DNA of 33,408 nucleotides, taken from assembly GCA_964424195.1 (NCBI GenBank), contig CAYRHT010000006.1:1-33408 (forward strand), written 5' to 3'. The translations under genes and the position numbers were made by a program. Under the pieces are notes generated by a model that worked only from the letters and a program-made list of their open reading frames with translations, did not search any database and was not told the origin of the DNA. Position 1 is the first letter of the stretch, and each line of letters starts with the position of its first letter. Shown here in pieces: positions 11,134-19,985 of the stretch. Source of the stretch: an uncultured Gammaproteobacteria bacterium (lineage in GTDB: Bacteria; Patescibacteriota; Patescibacteriia; UBA1558; S5-K13).

Positions 11134-11742
11134 TTATTTTTCAATTTTAAACATTTTTCCATGTCCAGGTACTACCCAATCAGCTATTTCTAAAATTTTA
11201 TCTCTGCTAATATCAAATTTATCTACATCATAAAAAAGATCTGGATTTCCTTTTTTACTTAAATCAAGCCAATCTTCACTATTTATAGCATCTCCAGCTA
11301 TTACAACTTTTCCAATATCAGAGTCTACAACAATACTAATACTATCATTAGTGTGTCCAGGAGTCTCAATAATTTTTACATCTTTAACGATTTGTTCATT
11401 TAAAATATCAAATCTCTCTAAAACACCCTCGTTTATTTTTTGAAACATTCCCACATATTTAGTTTCACCTCTAAATCTTAAAAATATTTTAGCCTCCTTA
11501 AATAAAGATATATTTGTAGTATGGTCTACATGTGAATGAGTTAAAATAACATTTTGAATGTCTTCTAGTTTTAAATTTTCATCTTCTAATGCCTTTAATA
11601 ATTTTTCTTGGCTAACGAAAGATCCAGGATCAACTATAATATTCTCCTCGCCTTTTATAAGAGTAGTTGTGCAATGAATTTGTAATTTACTAGGATTTAA
11701 AAATTTATGAACCCCTTCTACTAAAACTTTTACTTCTGCCAT
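11134..11742 (-). CDS. Metallo-beta-lactamase-fold hydrolase
   Basis: THSHVDH, TPGHT, AGDA and PGHG motifs. Confidence 0.9.
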   Translation of the reverse strand: MAEVKVLVEGVHKFLNPSKLQIHCTTTLIKGEENIIVDPGSFVSQEKLLKALEDENLKLEDIQNVILTHSHVDHTTNISLFKEAKIFLRFRGETKYVGMFQKINEGVLERFDILNEQIVKDVKIIETPGHTNDSISIVVDSDIGKVVIAGDAINSEDWLDLSKKGNPDLFYDVDKFDISRDKILEIADWVVPGHGKMFKIEK

Positions 11743-11759
11743 ATAATTAAATTTTAAAA

Positions 11760-12131
11760 TTAAATAAAAAAGTCAGTATCTTTATTTCTATCTATTAATT
11801 TATGAGCTACTTTCATTTCTTCTGGAGAATAGATATAGGTTATTTTAAATTTCCCAGATGTAATTTGTTTAATATTATCATGAGTAATCTCAATAACATG
11901 AACGAGTCCCCAATACAACCATTTACCATCAATATTTTGTACTAAAAAATTACGAACTGGCGGTGCTTGATAAATTCTAAGACCATCTTTATCTTTAAAT
12001 TCAAAAATTCTATCTTTAAAATCTTCAACAGTAAAAGGATTTATTTTATGTTTTTCATAATCTAATTCCATTGGAAAACCCTGTTCAGTGGATATTTGTA
12101 AAGTATCATTTGTTGTAATATTACTACCCAT
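11760..12131 (-). CDS. Hypothetical protein
   Basis: 123-aa ORF in an operon-like run. No motif recognised. Confidence 0.65.
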   Translation of the reverse strand: MGSNITTNDTLQISTEQGFPMELDYEKHKINPFTVEDFKDRIFEFKDKDGLRIYQAPPVRNFLVQNIDGKWLYWGLVHVIEITHDNIKQITSGKFKITYIYSPEEMKVAHKLIDRNKDTDFFI

Positions 12132-12142
12132 ATATTTATTGT

Positions 12143-12757
12143 TTAATTTATTTTTATTTGAAGATTAATTAACTCTTCTTTTACCTGTTGAGGGGTTTTA
12201 AATAATATTCCCTATATTCCTGCTTGTATTGCGCCCTCAATATTTTCTATATAATCATCAATAAAAACAACTTCTTCTGGTTTATCTTTTAGCTTATCTA
12301 AAATAATATTATATATTTTACTATCAGGCTTAACTATTTTCTCAGCACAAGAAAAGACAATTGCATCAAAATATTTATCATACTTGTTTTCATAAAAATA
12401 TTCCATCGTTGGAATTTCTGTATTCGATAAAAAACCAATTTTATAACCATTTTTCCTTAAATCTCTTAGAAGCTGATACATATCTTTCTTATCTAGAAAA
12501 ACATTATTTACTGCCTCTTTCCATAAAGAATCTGATTTTGGCTCATTAATATTTAATTTATCACAAATTTCTTTCCATAAAGTATTCTCTAAAATAGTTC
12601 CCTTTTGAAACTCTATAAATATATCAGTTTCTTCAGAAAAGATAGTTTTTAATAATTTTAACTCAACTCCTAAAACTTTAGCACAGTATTTTATTACCTC
12701 TTCCAGAGGTTGATCAATAAGAACACCTCCCCAATCAAATATTATCGTTTTAATCAT
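12143..12757 (-). pseudogene. HAD-IA phosphatase interrupted by an in-frame TAG (12212-12214)
   Basis: FDWGGVL, LSNT, KPD and FIDD motifs. After ...AIQAGI-TAG the same frame continues GILFKTPQQVKEELINLQIKIN-TAA, a typical HAD C-terminus, ending 11 bp before the next start codon. Confidence 0.75.
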
Positions 12758-13857
12758 TGTTTAATAGGCATGATTATATACACATAATCCTTGTCATTAT
12801 CTGACTTTATTAACCCTGGACTAGCATTATCATTAATCTCTAAGATTAAATTACTATTACCTAAATTAGCTAAACCATCTAAAAGATAACGATAATTAAA
12901 AGTAATTTCATTTTCAATACCCTCTATTTTAGCTTGAACAGTAGTAATGTTCTCCCCTAATTGATTACTAGTAGACATTAAAACTATTTCATTCTTATCT
13001 GGTACAAAACTCAATTTAACATCATTAATTCCTGGTTTACAAAACAAACTAGTTCTTTTAATGGCTTGAGTTAATTCACTAACTCCAACCTCTATTGTTG
13101 TTTTAGATTCTGTAGGAATTATTTGTTTGTAATCTGGATAAGAACCTTCAGTTAATCTAGATACTAACTCAATTCCATCAGCAGCGAATAATATTTGGTT
13201 TTCATCAACATAAAGTTTTACATTTTCTTCTGAAGTATCACTAACTATTCTAATCATCTCTTGCACAGTCTCAATTGGAATAATAATTTTACTATCTCCA
13301 ATTGATTCATCTAAATTAATATGTTTTTCTGCTAAACGATATGAATCTGTTCCTACTAAAACTACTTTCTGACCTTCAATGTTTAAAAAAGTACCAGATA
13401 TCTCTGGTCTAGTTGAATCTAAAGCTACTGCAAATACTGTTTTAGACAAAGCACTTCTTAAAACATTTGTTTTTAATATATATTCATTTTTCTTATCTAC
13501 TCCTGGTAATAATGGAAAATCTTCTGAACTTAAAGTATTAATTGAAGTTTTATCATTAGCACATTCAATTTTTAATTTATCTTCTTCTAATTCTAATACT
13601 ATATTATCTCTTGGCAAGAGATTAACAAAGTCAGTTAAAAGTCGAGCTTGAACTGTACATTTTCCTTCAACTTCAACTTTAGCTCTAACTCTACAACTTA
13701 TACCAATTTCTAAATTTGTAGTTGTTAAAGTAACTTCTCCTTTTTCAGCTGTAATTAAAACATTATTTAGAATTGGTAAATTAGCATTCTTACCAGCTAA
13801 ATGACTTACAGCATGTAATCCTTTAATTAAGTTTTCTTGTAAGCAAATTATTTTCAT
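12754..13857 (-). CDS. dnaN: DNA polymerase III beta clamp
   Basis: TTTNLEIGI, GTDSYRLAE, YPDYKQIIP, FNYRYLLD, YIIMPIK. Lies downstream of dnaA. Confidence 0.98.
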   Translation of the reverse strand: MKIICLQENLIKGLHAVSHLAGKNANLPILNNVLITAEKGEVTLTTTNLEIGISCRVRAKVEVEGKCTVQARLLTDFVNLLPRDNIVLELEEDKLKIECANDKTSINTLSSEDFPLLPGVDKKNEYILKTNVLRSALSKTVFAVALDSTRPEISGTFLNIEGQKVVLVGTDSYRLAEKHINLDESIGDSKIIIPIETVQEMIRIVSDTSEENVKLYVDENQILFAADGIELVSRLTEGSYPDYKQIIPTESKTTIEVGVSELTQAIKRTSLFCKPGINDVKLSFVPDKNEIVLMSTSNQLGENITTVQAKIEGIENEITFNYRYLLDGLANLGNSNLILEINDNASPGLIKSDNDKDYVYIIMPIKQ

Positions 13858-14139
13858 ATATTTTTATCTTATTATTTTTTAATTTATTTATCTCCCTAAT
13901 TAGTATTTATTTAATATTTTATATATATAATTAATAATAACAATAAGGGATAATTTTTTAGTTAATAACTCTATTTCTGGTTTTGTTTAAAGAGCTTACT
14001 CTTGTTTATAAACTAGGGAATTACTAGGGGTATTTAGTCTAATGAAAAGTGGATGATTAAGTAGTCTTTCTTATCCCCTTTTTTATTAACAAGTTATTGG
14101 TAGAAAATAAGGGGTTTATTAACAAGTAATTAACAGAAA
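13858..14139. other. oriC: Probable replication origin oriC (dnaA-dnaN intergenic region)
   Basis: AT-rich. DnaA-box-like 9-mers TTATTAACA (14083, 14116), TTATCCCCT (14071), TTATAAACA (reverse complement, 14003). Box at 13945-13953 is followed by TAA triplets (13932-13946, DnaA-trio-like) and an AT tract toward dnaN. Confidence 0.7.
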
Positions 14140-15501
14140 TTATTCATATAATCTTTGTTTGAGTAGTTCAATATCATTTTTAAGCTTTTCATTCTCTTTA
14201 ATTTCTTCACTTATCTTGTTAAAAGCATGAATAGCAGTAGTATGATCTCTTCCACCTAGTTCAGTTCCAATATTTGGATAAGAAGCATTTAATTCTTGTC
14301 TCATTAAGAACATACATATTTGTCTAGGCACTACTAACTCTTTCTTTCGAGAGTTTCCAGTTAACTTTTCTAAAGTTATATCAAAATACTCAGATACTTT
14401 TTTAAGAATCTTTTTAGAAGTTAAACCAGTAGTTGTTTGTTGAGGAGATATCTTTCCTAAGATGTTTTTTACAGAGTCTAAAGTAATATCTTCTTTACTT
14501 AATTGATTTACAGCTATAATTCTGTTTAAAGCTCCTTCTAACTCTCGAACATTATTCCGAGCGACATTAGCAATATATTCAATAACATCATCGGCAATAT
14601 TAAAATGAATATTCTTTTCTTCTATTTTTGATTGTAAAATAGCTACTCTAGTTTCTAAATCAGGATGTCCAATATCAGCAATCATTCCAGATTCAAATCT
14701 AGAAGTTAATCTATCAGCAATTGCTGGTAAAGACTTTGGAGGACGATCAGAGCTAATTACAATTTGTTTGTTTTGTTGATGAAGAGTATTAAAAGTATGA
14801 AAAAACTCTTCTTGAGTTCTTTCTTGTCCTTTCATAAATTGAATATCATCTACTAATAGTACATCTGCTTCACGATATTTCTTTTTAAACTCATCTATTT
14901 TTCCAGTTTGGATAGATTTTATATAATCAGTGGTAAAGTTTTCACTACTAACATAGACTAATTTACAATTAGGAATACTTTTTTGAATTTCATTCCCAAT
15001 AGCATGCATTAAATGGGTTTTCCCTAAACCTACTTCACCATACAAGAATAAAGGGTTATATACTTTTCCAGGCTCTTTAGCAGCAGCCATAGCAGCCGCT
15101 TTAGCTAGTTCATTTTGTTTACCAGTTATAAAACCATCAAAGTCGTATTTTTGATTTAAATTGAAACCATTTTCAGAACTAGTAGTTATATTTTTAGGTG
15201 TTTTAATTTCTTCAATACTTACTTTTTTAAGTTCTGGTTTATTTTTTACATCCTGAGAAATTTTAAAGATTAATTTTTTTACATCTTTACTACCTAAAAC
15301 ATTATTAAGAGCTTCTAATATCTTTTTATTATATTTATTCTCTAACCATCTCTTAGTAAATCCATTAGGAACAGCAATTAAAGCACAGTCTTTTTCAATA
15401 TCAATAATATATGTATTCTTAAACCAAGTTGTAAAACTTGCTTTTGATATTGAAAGTTCTAGTTCACCTAAGATAGCTTGCCATGTTTTTTCTTTGTCCA
15501 T
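14140..15501 (-). CDS. dnaA: Chromosomal replication initiator DnaA
   Basis: YNPLFLYGEVGLGKTHL (Walker A), LLVDDIQF, RNNVRELEGAL, GGRDHTT. Confidence 0.99.
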   Translation of the reverse strand: MDKEKTWQAILGELELSISKASFTTWFKNTYIIDIEKDCALIAVPNGFTKRWLENKYNKKILEALNNVLGSKDVKKLIFKISQDVKNKPELKKVSIEEIKTPKNITTSSENGFNLNQKYDFDGFITGKQNELAKAAAMAAAKEPGKVYNPLFLYGEVGLGKTHLMHAIGNEIQKSIPNCKLVYVSSENFTTDYIKSIQTGKIDEFKKKYREADVLLVDDIQFMKGQERTQEEFFHTFNTLHQQNKQIVISSDRPPKSLPAIADRLTSRFESGMIADIGHPDLETRVAILQSKIEEKNIHFNIADDVIEYIANVARNNVRELEGALNRIIAVNQLSKEDITLDSVKNILGKISPQQTTTGLTSKKILKKVSEYFDITLEKLTGNSRKKELVVPRQICMFLMRQELNASYPNIGTELGGRDHTTAIHAFNKISEEIKENEKLKNDIELLKQRLYE

Positions 15502-15584
15502 TTCTTTATTTAAATTAAAAAATAATATTTCTCAAGTGATTGAGACGGTAATCATATTTTAGCCTAAAAACAGGAATTAATAAA

Positions 15585-15616
15585 TGTTTATAAGCTGTTA
15601 ATAAAAAGGGGATAAG
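15585..15616. promoter_or_regulatory. DnaA-box-like triplet upstream of dnaA
   Basis: Minus strand reads TTATCCCCT-TT-TTATTAACA-GC-TTATAAACA (11-bp period). These are the same three variants seen between dnaA and dnaN. Confidence 0.65.
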
Positions 15617-15659
15617 ATATTTAGTAGAGTAAGCCTTATTTTAATGATATACTTATTTT

Positions 15660-16004
15660 ATGATAGAAGTATTTATACATAATAAAACTCTTTTAGATAT
15701 GATGAGTATTAATCATTTCTGTTCCGGGCTAGTCCTTGGTGTTTTGTTAATTCTATTTAATAGAAAGATATCTAAGAAAATATATTTTAAACTAGGAATT
15801 ATTTGGTTAATAATCTGGGAAATATTTGAAGGAAGTTTAAGATTCCTTAGAATCTATTATCCTCTACTTCTAGAGAAGTTAAGCTTTATCCCTTCTGGTT
15901 GGGCTAGTGATGAAAGCTTTGTTAATATTATAGGAGATATGTTAACTGGTTCTTTAGGATTATTAATTATTTATTTAATTTTTAAAAAAGTATGGAAAAA
16001 ATAA
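15660..16004 (+). CDS. Small membrane protein (loosely DUF2585-like)
   Basis: About three hydrophobic helices with NHF...WEIFE...ES.VN..GD polar motifs. Confidence 0.6.
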   Translation: MIEVFIHNKTLLDMMSINHFCSGLVLGVLLILFNRKISKKIYFKLGIIWLIIWEIFEGSLRFLRIYYPLLLEKLSFIPSGWASDESFVNIIGDMLTGSLGLLIIYLIFKKVWKK

Positions 16005-16438
16005 ATTATCAAGTTAGAGAATTAGAAAAAAAAGACTTAGATTCTAATTTGGGTTATTTAGAAACTTTAAAAAACCTAACTGAAGTGAAAGAACTTCCTA
16101 TTGAAAGATTAGAAGAAATTTTTGATAAGATTAAAGAGCAAGGTACTTGTATTTTCGTTGCTGTAAAAGATGATGGACAAATTATTGGAGCTACATCTTT
16201 GTTATTAGAGCAAAAATTTACTCATGGTGGGGTTTTAGCGGGACATATAGAAGAAGTTGCTACTCGGAAAGGTTATGAAGGAATGGGAGTTGCTAGTACT
16301 TTAATAAAGAAAGCTATAGAAGTAGCTCAAGAAAATAATTGTTATAAATTAATATTAGATTGTGAAGATAATCTTATTCCTTTTTATGAAAAGTTTGATT
16401 TTAAGGAAAAAGGTAATTATATGAGAATTGATTTCTAA
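15992..16438 (+). CDS. GNAT acetyltransferase, glucosamine-6-phosphate N-acetyltransferase (GNA1)-like
   Basis: LEQKFTHGGVLAGHIEEV, GYEGMGVA, CYKLILDC and FYEKFDF match the eukaryotic-type GNA1 pattern. Confidence 0.75.
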   Translation: MEKINYQVRELEKKDLDSNLGYLETLKNLTEVKELPIERLEEIFDKIKEQGTCIFVAVKDDGQIIGATSLLLEQKFTHGGVLAGHIEEVATRKGYEGMGVASTLIKKAIEVAQENNCYKLILDCEDNLIPFYEKFDFKEKGNYMRIDF

Positions 16439-16494
16439 ACTAGATTGACTTTATTTCGTCTTTAAAGTAAGGTGTTTATATAAAGGAGGATATT

Positions 16495-16734
16495 ATGTAT
16501 ACTATTATCGAAGGTCTTATGAGAGATATTAAAGAATTACGAGAATGTCTTCAAAATGCTATTAAAGCAGGAGAAGATATATTAGAAGTTACTTCAGCTC
16601 CAAATAAAAAATTTTTAAGAAAACATTGGGAAGAAACTCAAGAAATTGCTGAAGAATTCGGTTTTAGAGCTGTTGATGATGAAGAAAGTAATAAAATAAA
16701 CGGTATTATATTTGCTAAACTCTCATCTACTTAG
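16495..16734 (+). CDS. Orphan small acidic protein
   Basis: Own promoter TTGACT (16445)-17-TAAGGT, Shine-Dalgarno GGAGGA, and terminator. Confidence 0.75.
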   Translation: MYTIIEGLMRDIKELRECLQNAIKAGEDILEVTSAPNKKFLRKHWEETQEIAEEFGFRAVDDEESNKINGIIFAKLSST

Positions 16735-16756
16735 GTAGATGAGTTTTCTTTTTTTT
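16722..16756 (+). terminator. Intrinsic terminator
   Basis: CTCATCTAC-TTAG-GTAGATGAG followed by a long T tract. Confidence 0.8.
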
Positions 16757-16839
16757 CATGTTTTAAAGTGTTAAAAATATTGACTTAATTCATTTTTTAA
16801 GGTAAATTGAGTTATTGTATAAAAAATAAAGGAGGAAAA

Positions 16840-17112
16840 ATGAATATTTATTTAACCAGTAGAAATGGTCTTATAGTAGCCTATAAAAAAATTAAAAATT
16901 CCAACGTTGAAAAGCTCTTGATTGAATCAAAAGATTCTAGAGAAGTAGCAGCATATTGTTTAGGAATAGCATCTATAGATCCTCTTGTTGAAGTCGAAAT
17001 GGAATTTAAAAGTAAAAAAGAGGAAGAAGATTTTCTTACTGAAATTCAACAAGTCCCCAAAAATGATTCACAGACATCTTTGAATCATAAGTTCTTGTTG
17101 TTAGTTAATTAA
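16840..17112 (+). CDS. Orphan small protein (start reassigned to ATG 16840)
   Basis: TTGACT (16780)-17-TAAATT promoter and AAAGGAGG before ATG 16840. The ORF-track TTG start at 16807 overlaps the -10 box. Confidence 0.7.
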   Translation: MNIYLTSRNGLIVAYKKIKNSNVEKLLIESKDSREVAAYCLGIASIDPLVEVEMEFKSKKEEEDFLTEIQQVPKNDSQTSLNHKFLLLVN

Positions 17113-17121
17113 AAAGGTTTT

Positions 17122-17150
17122 CTAGTTGTCCTTAACAGCTAGTTTTTATT
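17122..17150 (+). terminator. Intrinsic terminator
   Basis: CTAGTTGT-CCTTA-ACAGCTAG followed by TTTTTATT. Confidence 0.65.
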
Positions 17151-17162
17151 TTTCTCTAAACA

Positions 17163-17191
17163 TTGACTATAACTAATAAATTTGGTATCTT
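17163..17191 (+). promoter_or_regulatory. Promoter of the rpmH operon
   Basis: TTGACT, 17 bp, TATCTT with TGn extension. Confidence 0.6.
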
Positions 17192-17233
17192 TATAGCACA
17201 ATTAACACTAATTAATTATAAAATATTAAAAAT

Positions 17234-17389
17234 ATGTCAACTAAAAGAACATATCAACCAAAAAAGAAGAAAAGACTTAAAAAACACGGTTTTATGAAGA
17301 GAATGGCTACTAAAGCTGGTAGAAGAATCTTAAAAAGAAGAAGAAATAAAGGTCGAGAAGAGTTAGCAGTTAAAGGAGTAAAGAAATAA
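17234..17389 (+). CDS. rpmH: 50S ribosomal protein L34 (51 aa; missing from ORF track)
   Basis: [51 protein letters not shown], in the canonical position before rnpA. Confidence 0.98.
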   Translation: MSTKRTYQPKKKKRLKKHGFMKRMATKAGRRILKRRRNKGREELAVKGVKK

Positions 17390-17403
17390 ATTAAAATAGC
17401 AAA

Positions 17404-17742
17404 ATGATTGCTAAAAAGTTTCGTTTACATAAAAAAAGTGATTTTGATGAGTTAGCTAAAAGCTCTAACAAATTTTATAGTAATAACTTTGTTTTAAAGT
17501 TTATTAAAAATGAAGAAGATTTTAATTGTTTTGCAGTAGTTGCTTCTAAAAAGATTAGTCTTAAAGCTGTGATTAGGAATAAGGTTAGACGAAGAGTATA
17601 CGAAGTTATTCGTTTAAATATGGATAGTTTTAAAAAGAGCTTTAAGATTATTATTTTTGTTAAAAAAGGAGTTTTAGAGATGGAATATAAAGAATTAGAA
17701 CAAGAAGTTCTTTCTTTATTTAAAAAAGCAAAATTAGTATGA
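17404..17742 (+). CDS. rnpA: RNase P protein component
   Basis: [19 protein letters not shown] (RNR motif) and synteny. Confidence 0.95.
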   Translation: MIAKKFRLHKKSDFDELAKSSNKFYSNNFVLKFIKNEEDFNCFAVVASKKISLKAVIRNKVRRRVYEVIRLNMDSFKKSFKIIIFVKKGVLEMEYKELEQEVLSLFKKAKLV

Positions 17743-17972
17743 AGAAGATATTCCTATTTCTAATCAGACTTTATCAAAAAACACTTTCACCAAGTACAGG
17801 ATGGTTTAAATATAAATATCCGCACGGATATTGTAAATATCATCCAACTTGTTCAGAATATTCTTATCAAGCGATAGAAAAGCATGGAGCTATTAAAGGA
17901 TTTTTCATAGCTCTTTGGAGAATTTTAAGATGTAATCCTTTTTCTAAAGGTGGACATGATCCAGTTAAATAA
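17739..17972 (+). CDS. yidD: Membrane protein insertion efficiency factor YidD
   Basis: [10 protein letters not shown]...[16 protein letters not shown]. Confidence 0.97.
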   Translation: MKKIFLFLIRLYQKTLSPSTGWFKYKYPHGYCKYHPTCSEYSYQAIEKHGAIKGFFIALWRILRCNPFSKGGHDPVK

Positions 17973-17990
17973 AAAATAATAAAAAATAAA

Positions 17991-18767
17991 ATGTTAATGC
18001 AACTTTATACAACAGTCCTCTATCAACCTCTTTTTAATCTATTAGTATTTTTCTATAATATAATTCCAGATATTGGAATAGCTATTCTTCTTTTAACTAT
18101 TCTTGTTAAAGCAATAATTTGGCCTTTATCTCATAAAGGTTTGAAATCTCAAAAAGTTTTACAAGATTTACAGCCAAAATTAGAATCTTTAAAAGCAAAG
18201 TATAAAGATAATAAAGAAAAGCTTGGTCAAGAAACAATGGCTCTGTATAAAAGAGAGAAAATTAATCCGATGGCTTCTTGCCTTCCTCTTTTAATTCAGT
18301 TTCCAATCATTATTGCTGTTTTTAGAGTTTTTAGAGCTATATTTGTAGAGACAGTTGATTTCAGTCTATTATACTCTTTCGTTAAAGTTCCAGAAATTAT
18401 TAATCCAATGATGTTAGGTTTCTTAGATTTATCTAAACCTCAAATAGTATTAGCTATCTTAGCTGGTTTAGCTCAATTCTGGCAAAGTAGAATAATGTTA
18501 AAGAAAACTAAGAAAGATACTTTAGGTCCTGATGGTAAGAAAAAAGAATTAAGTTTACCTCAAACAATGAGTAAACAAATGATGTATTTTATGCCAGTAA
18601 TTACTGTATTTATTGCAGCTAGTTTTCCAGGTGGTTTAGCTCTTTATTGGTTAGCAATTACATTATTAGGAGTTTTAGATCAAACCTTTATTAATAAGTC
18701 TATGGAGAAATCAAAAGATTCTATTTCTCCATCAACCCCTCAGTCTGAGATTATTGATGTTAAATAG
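17991..18767 (+). CDS. yidC: YidC/Oxa1 insertase (short form)
   Basis: LYKREKINPMASCLPLLIQFP, FPGGLALYW, and synteny. Confidence 0.96.
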   Translation: MLMQLYTTVLYQPLFNLLVFFYNIIPDIGIAILLLTILVKAIIWPLSHKGLKSQKVLQDLQPKLESLKAKYKDNKEKLGQETMALYKREKINPMASCLPLLIQFPIIIAVFRVFRAIFVETVDFSLLYSFVKVPEIINPMMLGFLDLSKPQIVLAILAGLAQFWQSRIMLKKTKKDTLGPDGKKKELSLPQTMSKQMMYFMPVITVFIAASFPGGLALYWLAITLLGVLDQTFINKSMEKSKDSISPSTPQSEIIDVK

Positions 18768-18860
18768 TTAGATAAATTTTTTGATTCTAGTATTGCTATT
18801 TGTATTATTTTGTGATAGATTAATATATTATTAAAATAATAAATAAAAAAGGAGGAAAAG

Positions 18861-19151
18861 ATGGTAAGAAGTAAAAAAGTTGTTATTGTATTAGTTACGA
18901 TAATTTTTATTATAGTGATAATGTCATGTATTGTAAGTGTTGTGAAGGGCAACTTTTGGTTTGTAGGACCTTTAGCCCTTAAGGCAATTCAACATAAAGA
19001 CCCATCAATTGTTAAAATAGTTGAATTAGAACGTAGATTATGGAGATATGGCAAGGTTGTTGCATGTAATGAAAAAGGATTTGAAAAAGAATTTTATATT
19101 GATACTGATATATTTCAAAATATAACTGTAATTCCTATTCAAGAAGAATAA
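18861..19151 (+). CDS. Orphan protein with an N-terminal membrane anchor
   Basis: TTGCTA (18793)-17-TAGATT promoter, AAGGAGG Shine-Dalgarno, hydrophobic N-terminus. Confidence 0.7.
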   Translation: MVRSKKVVIVLVTIIFIIVIMSCIVSVVKGNFWFVGPLALKAIQHKDPSIVKIVELERRLWRYGKVVACNEKGFEKEFYIDTDIFQNITVIPIQEE

Positions 19152-19171
19152 AATTAGTAGTTAGTTTATTT

Positions 19172-19199
19172 AAAAGCCCAGACAAATGTCCGGGCTTTT
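19172..19199. terminator. Bidirectional terminator
   Basis: AAAAGCCC-A-GACA-AA-TGTC-C-GGGCTTTT between convergent genes. Confidence 0.85.
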
Positions 19200-19221
19200 A
19201 TAATATCTAAATTTATAGTTT

Positions 19222-19962
19222 TTAAAATTGCCTATTAGAACTAACAATAATTTTTAATTTCTCTTTAGCAATATTTATTTTAGCTGGAGTATTTATAACT
19301 TGGTAATCATCTAAAAGTATTGGTACAGAATCAGTTTTAGCTGTGATGTTTATCTCTTTACTAGTTAAAAGAGTATGTTGAGAACCCTTTTGAAACATAT
19401 TTCCTTGTTTTTCAATGAATAAATCTAAAACACCATCAGTTGGATTTGTTTTGTCTTCTTTAATGATACTCTCAGCATTAAAATTCTTTATTATTATTTG
19501 ATTTCCAGCTTCAGCTTTTATTTCAAAGTTATCAATCTTAACAACTACATCATCAGCTTTTTCTATTCTTAAAGAGTGAAGGAAATACTTTTTATTAATC
19601 TTCCCAACATCTATTTCTTTAATAATTCTTCCACTAAGAACATTACAAGCTAATTCTCCACTAGGAATACCGAACATTTCTCCAAAAGAACTCTTACTTT
19701 GAATTGGAATATATCCTACAGCTATATCTTTAGAAATAACACTATTTAAAGCATGACTAAATGTTTTGTCATCACCAATAATTACTACTGTATGAGCTCC
19801 TTGGTTAATTTCAGAGTCTATAAAATTATCTATATTCTTAAGTAGATTAAGATGAAGAGTCTTGCCTTTAATATCAAAATCTATAATTCTATTTTCAATT
19901 TTATTAATTAGATTCTTGTATTTCTTATCCTTTAAACAAGAATCATATATATAGAGATACAT
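19222..19962 (-). CDS. Diacylglycerol/lipid kinase catalytic-domain family protein, degenerate
   Basis: VVIIGDDKTF (cf. GGDGT), GYIP, IKEIDVGKINKKYFL layout. Confidence 0.7.
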   Translation of the reverse strand: MYLYIYDSCLKDKKYKNLINKIENRIIDFDIKGKTLHLNLLKNIDNFIDSEINQGAHTVVIIGDDKTFSHALNSVISKDIAVGYIPIQSKSSFGEMFGIPSGELACNVLSGRIIKEIDVGKINKKYFLHSLRIEKADDVVVKIDNFEIKAEAGNQIIIKNFNAESIIKEDKTNPTDGVLDLFIEKQGNMFQKGSQHTLLTSKEINITAKTDSVPILLDDYQVINTPAKINIAKEKLKIIVSSNRQF

Positions 19963-19985
19963 ATAAGTGAATGCTATTTAGTAAA

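Noticed and set aside
12361-12549. ORF on the + strand
   Set aside because: Antisense shadow of the HAD gene.
13379-13651. ORF on the + strand
   Set aside because: Antisense shadow of dnaN.
18740-18952. ORF on the - strand
   Set aside because: Overlaps the yidC end, a promoter and the 18861 gene antisense. Low-complexity Ile/Thr composition.
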